This document shows, piece by piece, positions 1 to 8,930 of a DNA stretch of 58,472 nt; position 1 is the stretch's first letter, and every line of letters starts with the position of its first letter. The position numbers were made by a program, and so were the translations under genes. Source of the DNA: an uncultured Candidatus Saccharibacteria bacterium (GTDB taxonomy: Bacteria; Patescibacteriota; Dojkabacteria; SC72); contig CAYOME010000002.1 of the NCBI GenBank assembly GCA_964405015.1, positions 7,702-66,173 of the forward strand. The letters are read 5' to 3'. Below the pieces are notes generated by a model. The model searched no databases. It was not told the origin of the DNA and saw only the letters and a program-made list of their open reading frames with translations.

Positions 1-5
1 GGGCT

Positions 6-1064
6 GTGAAAATTGAAGAGTTTGAATACAATTTAAGTGAAGAACTTATAGCTAAGTACCCCCCAAAGGTTAGGGGTACTTCAAAGTTATTAGTATTAGA
101 TAGGGGGAATGGTGAAATATTTCATGACAGGTATTTTAATGTCCCAGAATATATTCATGAGGGGGATGTTGTAGTGTTGAATGAAACGAAGGTTCTCAAC
201 AGCAGAACTTTTTTTCTGACACCTAGGGGGAAAAGAATAGAGGTTCTTTTCTTGGAAAATATAGGAAATGATATTTGGTATGTTCTTATAGGAAGAGCTA
301 AGAATGTAAATGTCGGAGATATATTGGTTAATGAACAGGGTAAAGATGTGCAAATAAAAGTATATGAAAGAAGGGACAATGGATTTTTAATATCTTTTGT
401 TCATGGTACTAGCCATATTCTTTTTGAAAAATATGGCCATACACCTTTGCCACCATATATGAAAAGAAGTGATGAGAAAAGCGATAGAGAAAGGTATAAC
501 ACTGTGTTTTCTCGTATCGAAGGGGCTGTCGCTGCACCAACAGCGAGTTTAAACCTTACGGGTGAGATCTTAGAACAGATCCGAAAAAAGGGGGCTAAAA
601 TAGTCAAGGTAGAGCTTAGAGTTGGATGGGGAACTTTTGCGCCAATTCGTGATGAGAATATTGAAGATCACAAGATTCATACAGAATATATAAACATTCC
701 GAAATCAGTTGCAGATACTATCAATAATAGAAAAGGTAAGGTTTGGGCTTTTGGTACTACTGTTGCAAGAACTTTAGAAAGTGTGGCTTTTGAAAAAGAA
801 GGGAGATTTTTTGTAAAAGAATTCTCTGGAGATACTTCTCTTTATATCTATCCAGGATACAAATGGAAAATCGTTGATAATATGGTTACCAATTTCCATA
901 TGCCTGATTCCTCTTTGATTCTTTTGGTAAGTTCCTTTGCTGGAAAGAAATATATTTTAAAGGCTTACAATGAAGCTATCAAGAAAGGATATAAATTTTT
1001 AAGCTATGGAGATAGTATGATGATAACAAAAGAAATAAATAAATCTAGTAAGAAGAAAAAATAA
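6..1064 (+). CDS. queA: S-adenosylmethionine:tRNA ribosyltransferase-isomerase
   Basis: 352-aa ORF with GTG start. The N-terminus MKIEEFEYNLSEELIAKYPP and C-terminal FHMPDSSLILLVSSF...FLSYGDSMMI match QueA over the full length. tgt follows 2 nt downstream. Confidence 0.9.
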   Translation: MKIEEFEYNLSEELIAKYPPKVRGTSKLLVLDRGNGEIFHDRYFNVPEYIHEGDVVVLNETKVLNSRTFFLTPRGKRIEVLFLENIGNDIWYVLIGRAKNVNVGDILVNEQGKDVQIKVYERRDNGFLISFVHGTSHILFEKYGHTPLPPYMKRSDEKSDRERYNTVFSRIEGAVAAPTASLNLTGEILEQIRKKGAKIVKVELRVGWGTFAPIRDENIEDHKIHTEYINIPKSVADTINNRKGKVWAFGTTVARTLESVAFEKEGRFFVKEFSGDTSLYIYPGYKWKIVDNMVTNFHMPDSSLILLVSSFAGKKYILKAYNEAIKKGYKFLSYGDSMMITKEINKSSKKKK

Positions 1065-1066
1065 AG

Positions 1067-2119
1067 ATGGATACCCCAGGTCACTATAATAACCTTTCTC
1101 TCAAGCCATTAGATTTGACTAGGGTCTACCTGTTTATGCCGGATGCGACAAGGGGGGCTGTTAGGTATCTTACAACCAAGCAACTGGTTGAGACTGGAAC
1201 AAAAGCTATTGTTACTAATACTTTACATCTACTGATTCATCCAGGGCCAGATGTTGTTGAGAAGTTAGGTGGTATAAAACAGATGATGGGTTGGGATGGA
1301 TTAGTTTTAACTGATTCTGGAGGTTTTCAAGTTTTCTCATTGATTCATTCAAAAAAATGGAAGGGTAAAGTTCATGAAAATGGTGCGACTTTTAAATCTC
1401 CAAGAGAGGGCAATGTCTATGAATTAACTCCTGAGAGTTCTATAGATATCCAAATGAAGATTGGGTCTGATGTTTTAGTATGTTTGGATGATTGTAGAAA
1501 AACTGATTTAAACAAATATGAAGCTGAAATTTCTGTAGAAAGAACGATTAAATGGGCTCGAAGATGTAAAGATCATTTTGAAAAGGAGTATGGTGGAACT
1601 AAAAAGACTGGTAAACTCTTAACTAGTGTTGTACAGGGTGCGAATTTTCCAGATTTAAGAGCTGATTGTGCGAAGGCCTTAGTTGATATTGGTTTTGATG
1701 GTTACAATTTCGGAGGTTTTGTTGTTGATTCAGATGGTAGGTTAGTTGAAGATGAGCTGTCTGCTGTAATTGAGAATGTTCCAACTAGTACTATTAGATA
1801 TGCAATGGGTGTTGGTAAGCCAGAAGATATTTTAAAATGTGCGAAGATAGGGTATAACCTTTTTGATACAGTATTAGTAACGAGAAATGCTAGGCATGGA
1901 ACCCTATATACATCTGAGGGAGAAATTAGGCTTGGCAATAGTGATATGTCTTTAGATATGAGACCTGTAGATCCTAATTGTTCCTGTGAGTGTTGTAAGA
2001 ATTATTCTCGTGCATATCTTCATCATATGATGAAAAATGGTGAGGCTATTGCCTCGACTTTGGCAACTATTCACAATCTCACCTACTATCAAAGCTTAAT
2101 AAATAGTCTTAACTCCTAG
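1067..2119 (+). CDS. tgt: tRNA-guanine transglycosylase (queuine tRNA-ribosyltransferase)
   Basis: Carries LTDSGGFQVFSL, VCLDDC, MGVGKPEDIL and the zinc site CSCECC..H. An in-frame stop at 1049-1051 rules out a longer N-terminus. Confidence 0.9.
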   Translation: MDTPGHYNNLSLKPLDLTRVYLFMPDATRGAVRYLTTKQLVETGTKAIVTNTLHLLIHPGPDVVEKLGGIKQMMGWDGLVLTDSGGFQVFSLIHSKKWKGKVHENGATFKSPREGNVYELTPESSIDIQMKIGSDVLVCLDDCRKTDLNKYEAEISVERTIKWARRCKDHFEKEYGGTKKTGKLLTSVVQGANFPDLRADCAKALVDIGFDGYNFGGFVVDSDGRLVEDELSAVIENVPTSTIRYAMGVGKPEDILKCAKIGYNLFDTVLVTRNARHGTLYTSEGEIRLGNSDMSLDMRPVDPNCSCECCKNYSRAYLHHMMKNGEAIASTLATIHNLTYYQSLINSLNS

Positions 2120-2338
2120 AAAGTCGGCCTAAAAAATGATATCATTACAAAGTCCTTGATAACCATGTTTTGTGGTTGGTAAAGAAATATTAAAGAATAA
2201 TTGATTAATGAACATTTTGAAAAATATATATACTAAAAAATATATACTACAAGAACTCTTTGATGTAGGAGATCGTAATTAGATCTTCCCATTTTCTTTC
2301 ACCAAAAAAAAGGATATTAAATTTTTAACAATACTCTT

Positions 2339-3859
2339 ATGGAGTTATTAATAGGTATTGTTGCAACGCTTGTAGGTGGTATCGGTGTATTTACTTACTT
2401 AAAATATGTACAGAAGTGGGTAAATATTAAAGATATTCCTGAAGAGGAAATCGAAAGGGTTGCTAACAAGATAATCGGTAACAAAATTGAGGAAACCGAA
2501 AAAGAATTAGAGGAGAACAAAAGAAGGTCTGAAGATAGACTTCGTGAACTTCGAAAAGAAACTCAAGAGCATGAGGAACTTCTTCTTGATAGAGAGAAGA
2601 AATTAAATGAGAGAACTAAGATGCTCGATCAAAAAAGTGAAGAACTGGAGAGTGCTTCTGAGAATGTAAAAAAAATGCAAAGAGGTCTTGAAAATACGAG
2701 GAATCAATTGAAAGAAGAATTGGAAAGGATTTCAGGATTAACTCAGGATGAAGCAAGACAGAAACTTATGAGTCAGGTTGATGAGGATATCAAAAACTAT
2801 GAAGCTAAGAAAATTAGACAAGCAGAGAAAAGAGTAGAAGAAGTTGCAGAGGAGAAGGCAAGACATATTCTTGTTGAATCTATGCAAAGAATTGCAACAG
2901 ACTATGTAGGTGAAACTACTACTTCTGCTATTAAAATTGAGGACGATAAGGTAAAGGGTCGAGTAATTGGTAAGGAAGGTAGAAATATTAGAGCATTTGA
3001 AAAGCTTACAGGAGTAGATGTTATTGTTGATGAATCTCCAAACACAATTGCTCTTTCATCTTTTGATCCTTTGAGAAGAGAGATTGCTTCTGTTGCACTT
3101 ACAAAATTGATTGGTGATGGGAGAATTCATCCAGGATCCATTGAAGAAGCTATTAGAAAAGCAAAAAATGAAATTTCTATTGAAATAAAAAAGAATGGTC
3201 AAATTCTTGCAGAAGAAGCTGATTGGCCAGGTATAGATATCGGATTGTTAAAGCTTATTGGTAAGATGAAATATAGAACTAGTTATGGACAGTCCTTGAT
3301 GTCTCACACTATCGAAATGATGAGAATGGGAGAAGTTCTTGCTGCAGAAGTTGGAGCTGATGTAGGTCTTGTTAAAAAGGCATGTCTTTTACATGATGTC
3401 GGTAAGGTATTAACTCATAAGATTGAGAGTCCTCATCATCATATTTCTGGTCAGGTTGCTCGTAAATATGGTTTAGATGAAAAACTTGTGAATGCTATTG
3501 AAGCCCACCACTTGGATATTGAACCACAATCTGTTGAAGCTGTATTGGTATATATTGCGGATGCAATTTCTGGTGCAAGACCAGGTGCAAGAAAGGATAG
3601 CTATGAACAGTATATTCAAAGGATTGAATCTTTAGAGAATGTTGCAAAGGAATTGGCTGGAGATAAGATAGAAGAGGTGTTTGCTATTAAGGCTGGTAGG
3701 GAATTAAGAATAATTGTTAAACCTGCATTGATATCTGACGATGAAATGACTGTACTTGCAAAGGATATCGCGTCTAGTATTGAGAAGACTCAGAATTATC
3801 CTGGTAATGTAGAAGTTACATTAATCAGAGAAACTAGAGCTATTGAGGTTGCAAGATAG
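2339..3859 (+). CDS. rny: ribonuclease Y
   Basis: 506 aa with an N-terminal TM helix, a long E/K-rich coiled coil, a KH domain (GRVIGKEGRNIRAFE) and an HD domain (LLHDVGK...EAHH). Confidence 0.9.
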   Translation: MELLIGIVATLVGGIGVFTYLKYVQKWVNIKDIPEEEIERVANKIIGNKIEETEKELEENKRRSEDRLRELRKETQEHEELLLDREKKLNERTKMLDQKSEELESASENVKKMQRGLENTRNQLKEELERISGLTQDEARQKLMSQVDEDIKNYEAKKIRQAEKRVEEVAEEKARHILVESMQRIATDYVGETTTSAIKIEDDKVKGRVIGKEGRNIRAFEKLTGVDVIVDESPNTIALSSFDPLRREIASVALTKLIGDGRIHPGSIEEAIRKAKNEISIEIKKNGQILAEEADWPGIDIGLLKLIGKMKYRTSYGQSLMSHTIEMMRMGEVLAAEVGADVGLVKKACLLHDVGKVLTHKIESPHHHISGQVARKYGLDEKLVNAIEAHHLDIEPQSVEAVLVYIADAISGARPGARKDSYEQYIQRIESLENVAKELAGDKIEEVFAIKAGRELRIIVKPALISDDEMTVLAKDIASSIEKTQNYPGNVEVTLIRETRAIEVAR

Positions 3860-3908
3860 GTAACTTCTAGTAGTCATTACTACAGGGCAATGATTAAAGT
3901 TGTTAAAA

Positions 3909-3934
3909 GGGAGGAAAATAAATCCTCCCTTTTT
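3909..3934 (+). terminator. rho-independent terminator after rny
   Basis: GGGAGGA-aaataaa-TCCTCCC hairpin followed by TTTTT. Confidence 0.6.
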
Positions 3935-4286
3935 GTCCTTTCAGAAAGGCTTTTGATCAAATATTGTCCTAGAAAAATATGGGGATTTGAAAACGTTCGA
4001 ATATATTGTAGACATCCAAAAACACTGATAGAACAGCTTTCTCAGAGGGTTTGCTCATGAAACCTTGTGATATCAATATGAATTGCTTCACGGAGTTAAT
4101 ATCTTATTCACAAATATTACCCAACCTTGAATGGGAAACTCTTGACAGTAAAAGCTTTTTAGTAGTCATGAATGAAAAATCCTATAACAATAAGGTTCTT
4201 GATGTGACCCTTTATTTACGCTATTTTAGTCATGTGGTAGCACGAATCGCATGATATCAGGATTCGTGGCACCCGTATCTCTAAGA

Positions 4287-4293
4287 AAGGAGG
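4287..4293 (+). promoter_or_regulatory. Shine-Dalgarno of hup
   Basis: AAGGAGG lies 10 nt upstream of the ATG at 4304. It is preceded by an 8-bp hairpin, CACGAATC...GATTCGTG. Confidence 0.6.
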
Positions 4294-4303
4294 TTTTAAA
4301 CAC

Positions 4304-4576
4304 ATGTTAAAGAAAGATTTAGTAGATAGAGTTGCATCAGCTGCGCATCTTACTAAGAAACAAGCTGGTGAGGCTGTAGATGCATTATTTGATGCAGTTA
4401 CAGATTCTCTTAAAGCTGGCGATCCTGTTTTACTAACAGGTTTCGGTAAATTCGAAGTAAGAGAAAGAGCTGCTAGAACAGGAATCAATCCTAAGACTCT
4501 AGCAAAGATCAAGTTACCTGCAACTAAAGTTCCTGCTTTTAAAGCTGGAAAAGCACTTAAGGTTGCTGTTAAGTAA
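4304..4576 (+). CDS. hup: DNA-binding protein HU
   Basis: 90 aa. [11 protein letters not shown]...[20 protein letters not shown]...KAGK is a canonical HU/IHF fold signature. Confidence 0.9.
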   Translation: MLKKDLVDRVASAAHLTKKQAGEAVDALFDAVTDSLKAGDPVLLTGFGKFEVRERAARTGINPKTLAKIKLPATKVPAFKAGKALKVAVK

Positions 4577-4618
4577 TAAGCTCTGCCGGCATTTCTCTCT
4601 AGATGAGGGAAGAAATTG

Positions 4619-4651
4619 GAGACCTGGGTTCCTGACTCAGGTCTTCTTTTT
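4619..4651 (+). terminator. rho-independent terminator after hup
   Basis: AGACCTG...CAGGTCT stem followed by TCTTTTT. Confidence 0.55.
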
Positions 4652-4705
4652 AAGAGGGGTTTGTCAAACCTATAGACCGTCTTCTTCTCGTTTTGTCCTT
4701 TCGTA

Positions 4706-5161
4706 TTAGTAATTCTTTTCTTCCAAGCTTAGGCTACATTCTAAGTACCATCTGTAATATTGTGCATCACTAACCATACCAGCTTTAACGGGATTATTGC
4801 GAATATAGTTTGAAACTAGTTGGAAACCTCTGTCTTTGGTTACATATCTTGCATGGAAAGGACGTTGAAATGTACTACCTACCAAATTGTATTTTTTGTT
4901 GAAATACTTCGAGTATGAAGTTGAGATTCTGTGCATATATTTTGAGAGTTCTTCTGGTTTTGAACCTGAAAATATTAGTAAATGAAAATGATTTGGCATG
5001 AGGCAATATGAATACAATACAAAATTATAATCTTTTTTTATTCTGAATATGGTATTCGCAAATCTAGCGAAATCATTCTGAGAAAGGAATATTTTGCATT
5101 TACGATTTCCTCTGTTATAGATATGATAAAAGCTGTTTGGATAGAGAATTCTTCTTGGCAT
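4706..5161 (-). CDS. IS200/IS605-type Y1 (HUH) transposase, REP-associated tyrosine transposase (RAYT)-like
   Basis: 151 aa with YHIYNRGN, the HUH motif MPNHFHLLI, and C-terminal SNYIRNNPVKAGMV typical of Y1_Tnp/RAYT proteins. No tnpB or other IS gene is adjacent. Confidence 0.8.
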   Translation of the reverse strand: MPRRILYPNSFYHIYNRGNRKCKIFLSQNDFARFANTIFRIKKDYNFVLYSYCLMPNHFHLLIFSGSKPEELSKYMHRISTSYSKYFNKKYNLVGSTFQRPFHARYVTKDRGFQLVSNYIRNNPVKAGMVSDAQYYRWYLECSLSLEEKNY

Positions 5162-5325
5162 AAAGATAATATATATTATAGAGATTAAATAATATTGAAG
5201 CTTGGAATAGTAAAGTCCTATTATTAAAAGAGAAATGACCTAAAATATCTCTTATGGGATATGCAAGCGGCGCTTTATATTTTTATATTTAGATGATAGT
5301 ATTTGTTAATATATGATTTCTGGAA

Positions 5326-6732
5326 TTGCTACTGCCTGTGAGGAAATTTTTTATTCCAAGTAAAGATAATGGGTATAAGCCATTTTTGTTAAGGAAGGTC
5401 GCATTGTCGGTTTATACGATCATTCTTGTTCTTGTAAATATGTTTGGAGGGTTGTTAGGGATACCTGAGGCTATGGCTAGTTCGATTACTCCTGCTAATA
5501 TTATTAATCTTACTAATCAACAAAGGGCTGCTGCTGGGCTTAATACTTTGAATACTGATTCGAGACTTTCTGCTGCTGCTCTTGCGAAGGCGAATAATAT
5601 GCTTGAGCAACAGTATTGGGATCATTTTGGACCAAATGGAGAGTCTCCATGGATGTTTATTTCTGCATCTGGATATCAGTACGTATATGCAGGTGAGAAT
5701 CTCGCTAAGGGCTTTAGAACAGCAGAAGGTGTTCATGAGGCATGGATGGCTAGTCCTACACACAAGGAGAACATTATGAGTGGTAATTACAAAGATATCG
5801 GAGTTGCAGTTGTTGAGGGAGTACTTCTAGGAAAACAAACGATATTAGTTGTTCAAATGTTTGGTAATTTAACCTCACAAACATATAAAGCGGATGCACC
5901 GGTTAAATCAGAAGTTACACAACCACCAGTAACTCCGAAGGCAAATATTGTTGATAAGGGTGAAATAAAGGCAATAAGCATAACAAATCCCAAAAATGGA
6001 GAATTAATAAATGATGCAAATGTTAATATTAAGGGAACTACAGATAATGTATCCGGTGAATATGCTGTACAGATATTAAATAAGGATGTTGTAATAGGAG
6101 AAGTAAAAAGTAATGAGAAAGATTGGGAATATGATAAAGTCTCTGATTGGGAAGAGGGAGAACAAAAAATTGTTGCTCAGATTAAAGATACCTCTGTTCG
6201 TTCATCAGAAGTGGTATTTGATATTGATTCAACACCTCCTGCTATTGAAGCAGAATCAATCTATGTAAACAGGTCTGATACTAATTACGAAATAACCTTT
6301 GTGATACCAGAGGAAGCATCTTCTATTCAGCTTGTTACAGGTGATAAAACTTTTGAGGTAATAATTAACGAAGAGGGTAATGCTGTCTTAGGTATCTCAA
6401 AAGAAGATATTGGGGAGAAATCAGTTCTGATTATTGCTGATAAGGCTGGAAATATTTCAGAGATTGATATATCTGAATATTTTATTGAAGAAGACGAATC
6501 TGTTGCTTATACACCGGATTTGACTCTTTGGGTTAGGGATATGGTGGGAACAACAGATGGAATAAGCTTGGCAATTGTTTCCTTTGTATTTATACTTTTA
6601 AGCATAGAGGTATATGTATATTGGAAAAAAGGTATGTTAGGTAAGAATGCTGGGGGTTTGTTTACATTAGGTGCTTGGTGGTTAATTATATTAGTTGGTG
6701 TATTTAAAGGTTTCGGAGGAATTATTAATTAA
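5326..6732 (+). CDS. membrane-anchored CAP/SCP (YkwD-like) domain protein with C-terminal TM helices
   Basis: TTG start and an N-terminal anchor. The CAP-domain core is NQQRAAAGL...GENLAKGF...AWMASPTHKENI. An Ig-like middle region and a hydrophobic C-terminus follow. Confidence 0.7.
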   Translation: MLLPVRKFFIPSKDNGYKPFLLRKVALSVYTIILVLVNMFGGLLGIPEAMASSITPANIINLTNQQRAAAGLNTLNTDSRLSAAALAKANNMLEQQYWDHFGPNGESPWMFISASGYQYVYAGENLAKGFRTAEGVHEAWMASPTHKENIMSGNYKDIGVAVVEGVLLGKQTILVVQMFGNLTSQTYKADAPVKSEVTQPPVTPKANIVDKGEIKAISITNPKNGELINDANVNIKGTTDNVSGEYAVQILNKDVVIGEVKSNEKDWEYDKVSDWEEGEQKIVAQIKDTSVRSSEVVFDIDSTPPAIEAESIYVNRSDTNYEITFVIPEEASSIQLVTGDKTFEVIINEEGNAVLGISKEDIGEKSVLIIADKAGNISEIDISEYFIEEDESVAYTPDLTLWVRDMVGTTDGISLAIVSFVFILLSIEVYVYWKKGMLGKNAGGLFTLGAWWLIILVGVFKGFGGIIN

Positions 6733-6749
6733 ATAAATACTGCCCAAAA

Positions 6750-7541
6750 GTGAAGAGAAATTTTGAGATTAAAAGTGAATTGCTTTATCTATTATTAATT
6801 ACCATTGTTACGGTATATTTTTCGTATATAACTCATACATCGGGCTTCGCATATCTATTTACAGGAGCTTTAGGCTTAACTCTCTTATTGACTTGGTTTG
6901 TAAGGGCGTTTGCTTTGTATTCAGGGAGGAGGATTTCTCAATATAGTGAAGTCATACAAAGAATATCAGTTAAGGATAGATTCTTTTCTTACTTTATTCT
7001 TCCTGCGATTTTCTATATATCCCTTTTGCTATATATCTACTACAACACTTCTTTTCAGATGGATTTGGTTTTAGTCTTTGTAGCATCTATTCAAATATTG
7101 GTTCTATTCCTAAATGTTAAGAGCTCTTTGAGTAAAGTGTATACCATTGCAAGTCAGACTAGGGCAGTATTTGATTTCGTATGTATTTCGACATTCTACC
7201 TCTTGGTAAGTGTATATATTAGATTAGGTTTGGATATCCTTTTCTTCTTACCATTAATATTTATTACATCATTAATACTATTTTGGTTTGATATAAAGAT
7301 ACACTCAAGAGAAAGTATTTCTGGTTTTCTTCTTTCTCTTTTTTCTTCGCTTTTTGTAGCAATTTTTGCATGTTCATTCTTTTCAACAAATATCTTTGTT
7401 ATACCAGCGATAAGTACATTAGCCTTTTACTTAATACTTTCATTGTGGAATATCCGTTTTTCAGGTAAGGTTAAACTTGTCGATTACATAGTACCTTTTC
7501 TATACTCGATACTTGCATTAATATTAATACTGAAATTATGA
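6750..7541 (+). CDS. polytopic membrane protein, unknown function
   Basis: 263 aa with GTG start and multiple hydrophobic helices. Its stop overlaps the next start (ATGA). Confidence 0.5.
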   Translation: MKRNFEIKSELLYLLLITIVTVYFSYITHTSGFAYLFTGALGLTLLLTWFVRAFALYSGRRISQYSEVIQRISVKDRFFSYFILPAIFYISLLLYIYYNTSFQMDLVLVFVASIQILVLFLNVKSSLSKVYTIASQTRAVFDFVCISTFYLLVSVYIRLGLDILFFLPLIFITSLILFWFDIKIHSRESISGFLLSLFSSLFVAIFACSFFSTNIFVIPAISTLAFYLILSLWNIRFSGKVKLVDYIVPFLYSILALILILKL

Positions 7542-8242
7542 AAAAGAGCATTGTTTTAAAAGTTGGCGGATCTATACTGTATGATCATTTGTTAAATATA
7601 AACTTCGATCTTTTTAGAAGGATTAAGAAGTGGTATTGGGAAGCAAAGAATGAATATGAGAATGTTGTATTAGTAACAGGTGGTGGTGGTATATCTAGAA
7701 GTATGCAGGAGAAGGTTCAGGAGGATATTACTAAAGAAGAGAATCTTCATCAAATAGCGATGATGCTTACTCAAACAAATGCCTCGATACTTGCATCATA
7801 TCTTGATGATGCAGACATTTTCATACCTCATAAGCTTGGCGATGCATATGAATATCTAATATCTGCTAGTGGGAGATATATGGTAAGTGGTGGGTTGAAA
7901 GTGGGATGGAGTACAGATATGGATGCTGCTGTATTTGCAGACATACTATCCGCAGATAGGGTTTATAAGGTTTCCAATGTTGATGCAATCTATGATAAAG
8001 ATCCAAAGGAATTTTTTGAAGCCAAAGCTATTAGGGATATGACTTGGCAAGAATATTTTAATGTGTTCTCAATTTTTCCTGGACAAAATCATGAACCAAA
8101 TGCGCATATACCTGTAGATTCTCATTGTTCAATGTATTGTGAAAAGAAAGGAATATCATTCCATGTGACTGGTGGAAAACTACTAGACGAAATAGATGAT
8201 CTTAAAGGGATACTTAATGAAGGGACATTCTTACACCCTTAA
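7538..8242 (+). CDS. pyrH: amino-acid-kinase-fold UMP kinase, archaeal type
   Basis: Has LKVGGSIL, VLVTGGGGISR and GGLKVGWSTDMDAAVFADILSADRVYKVSNVDAIYDKDPKE. This layout resembles the short archaeal PyrH rather than the bacterial form. Confidence 0.6.
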   Translation: MKKSIVLKVGGSILYDHLLNINFDLFRRIKKWYWEAKNEYENVVLVTGGGGISRSMQEKVQEDITKEENLHQIAMMLTQTNASILASYLDDADIFIPHKLGDAYEYLISASGRYMVSGGLKVGWSTDMDAAVFADILSADRVYKVSNVDAIYDKDPKEFFEAKAIRDMTWQEYFNVFSIFPGQNHEPNAHIPVDSHCSMYCEKKGISFHVTGGKLLDEIDDLKGILNEGTFLHP

Positions 8243-8713
8243 TTATTCAATTTCAATTACTGTACATGAAGTGATACCTGCAGGGGTTTCAATTGTAAGT
8301 TGATCACCTTTTTCTTTCCCCATTAATGAACTACCAATTGGTGAGTTATATGAGATTTTTGAGTCTAAAGGATTAGCTTCATCTATACCAACAATATTGA
8401 AAGTTTTTTCTTTGCCTCCCTCACATTCAATAGTTACTTTGGAACCTATATCAATTTTTTCATTACTCTTTTTCTCTACAATTTCAGCCAATTCTAAACT
8501 CTGTTTTATTTCAAGTATTCTTTCTTCGTTGTTTTGAAAATCTTCGATAGCGATAGAGTAGCCATCGTTCTCTCTTAGATCTCCTTGGCTACGCATTTGA
8601 TTAAGAACATCTTGCAGGTCAGTTCTAATCTTACCCTCTCTCTCTTCTAGTTCTAATTTTAATTTTTTGAAACCTTCTTGTGTGAGCAGTACTTTTTTTG
8701 TAACTCCCGCCAT
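8243..8713 (-). CDS. greA: transcription elongation factor GreA
   Basis: 156 aa with a coiled-coil N-terminus carrying the acidic tip GDLRENDGY, and a C-terminal FKBP-like domain (SPIGSSLMGKEKGD). Confidence 0.85.
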   Translation of the reverse strand: MAGVTKKVLLTQEGFKKLKLELEEREGKIRTDLQDVLNQMRSQGDLRENDGYSIAIEDFQNNEERILEIKQSLELAEIVEKKSNEKIDIGSKVTIECEGGKEKTFNIVGIDEANPLDSKISYNSPIGSSLMGKEKGDQLTIETPAGITSCTVIEIE

Positions 8714-8845
8714 TTGAGTATTTCTTAAATTATACTCGTCGAATATTATATGTAATTAATTAGATTGTCAATTATTAAAAGCTTTTGTATCAATAATATA
8801 TGCATACTATTTCGCGTTTTTATGGTAAAATTCTTACCGAAATAT

Positions 8846-8920
8846 GCCGCTATCGTCTAACGGTTAGGACTCATGATTCTCAATCATGTAATCGGGGTTC
8901 GATTCCCCGTAGCGGTACCA
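8846..8920 (+). tRNA. tRNA-Glu (anticodon CUC)
   Basis: Manual cloverleaf: acceptor GCCGCTA/TAGCGGT, anticodon stem CATGA/TCATG with loop TTCTCAA, 4-nt variable loop, T-arm CGGGG-TTCGATT-CCCCG, encoded CCA. Confidence 0.85.
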
Positions 8921-8930
8921 ATACAAAAAT

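Noticed and set aside
96-607. Antisense ORFs inside queA (96-353, 155-379, 401-607). The track lists similar antisense or off-frame ORFs inside nearly every long gene.
   Set aside because: They lie fully within genes that have strong family signatures on the other strand or frame. Their products are low-complexity or hydrophobic, and none has an SD or a recognisable motif.
4051-4512. ORFs 4051-4254 (+) and 4216-4512 (-) around the hup leader.
   Set aside because: The first has no SD and an odd composition, and it overlaps candidate hup promoter elements. The second is antisense to the well-supported HU gene.
7538-7541. Alternative genetic code (UGA as a sense codon, as in SR1/Gracilibacteria).
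   Set aside because: TGA terminates well-supported ORFs at family-typical lengths, for example 6750-7541 and 50182-50907, so the standard code 11 fits.
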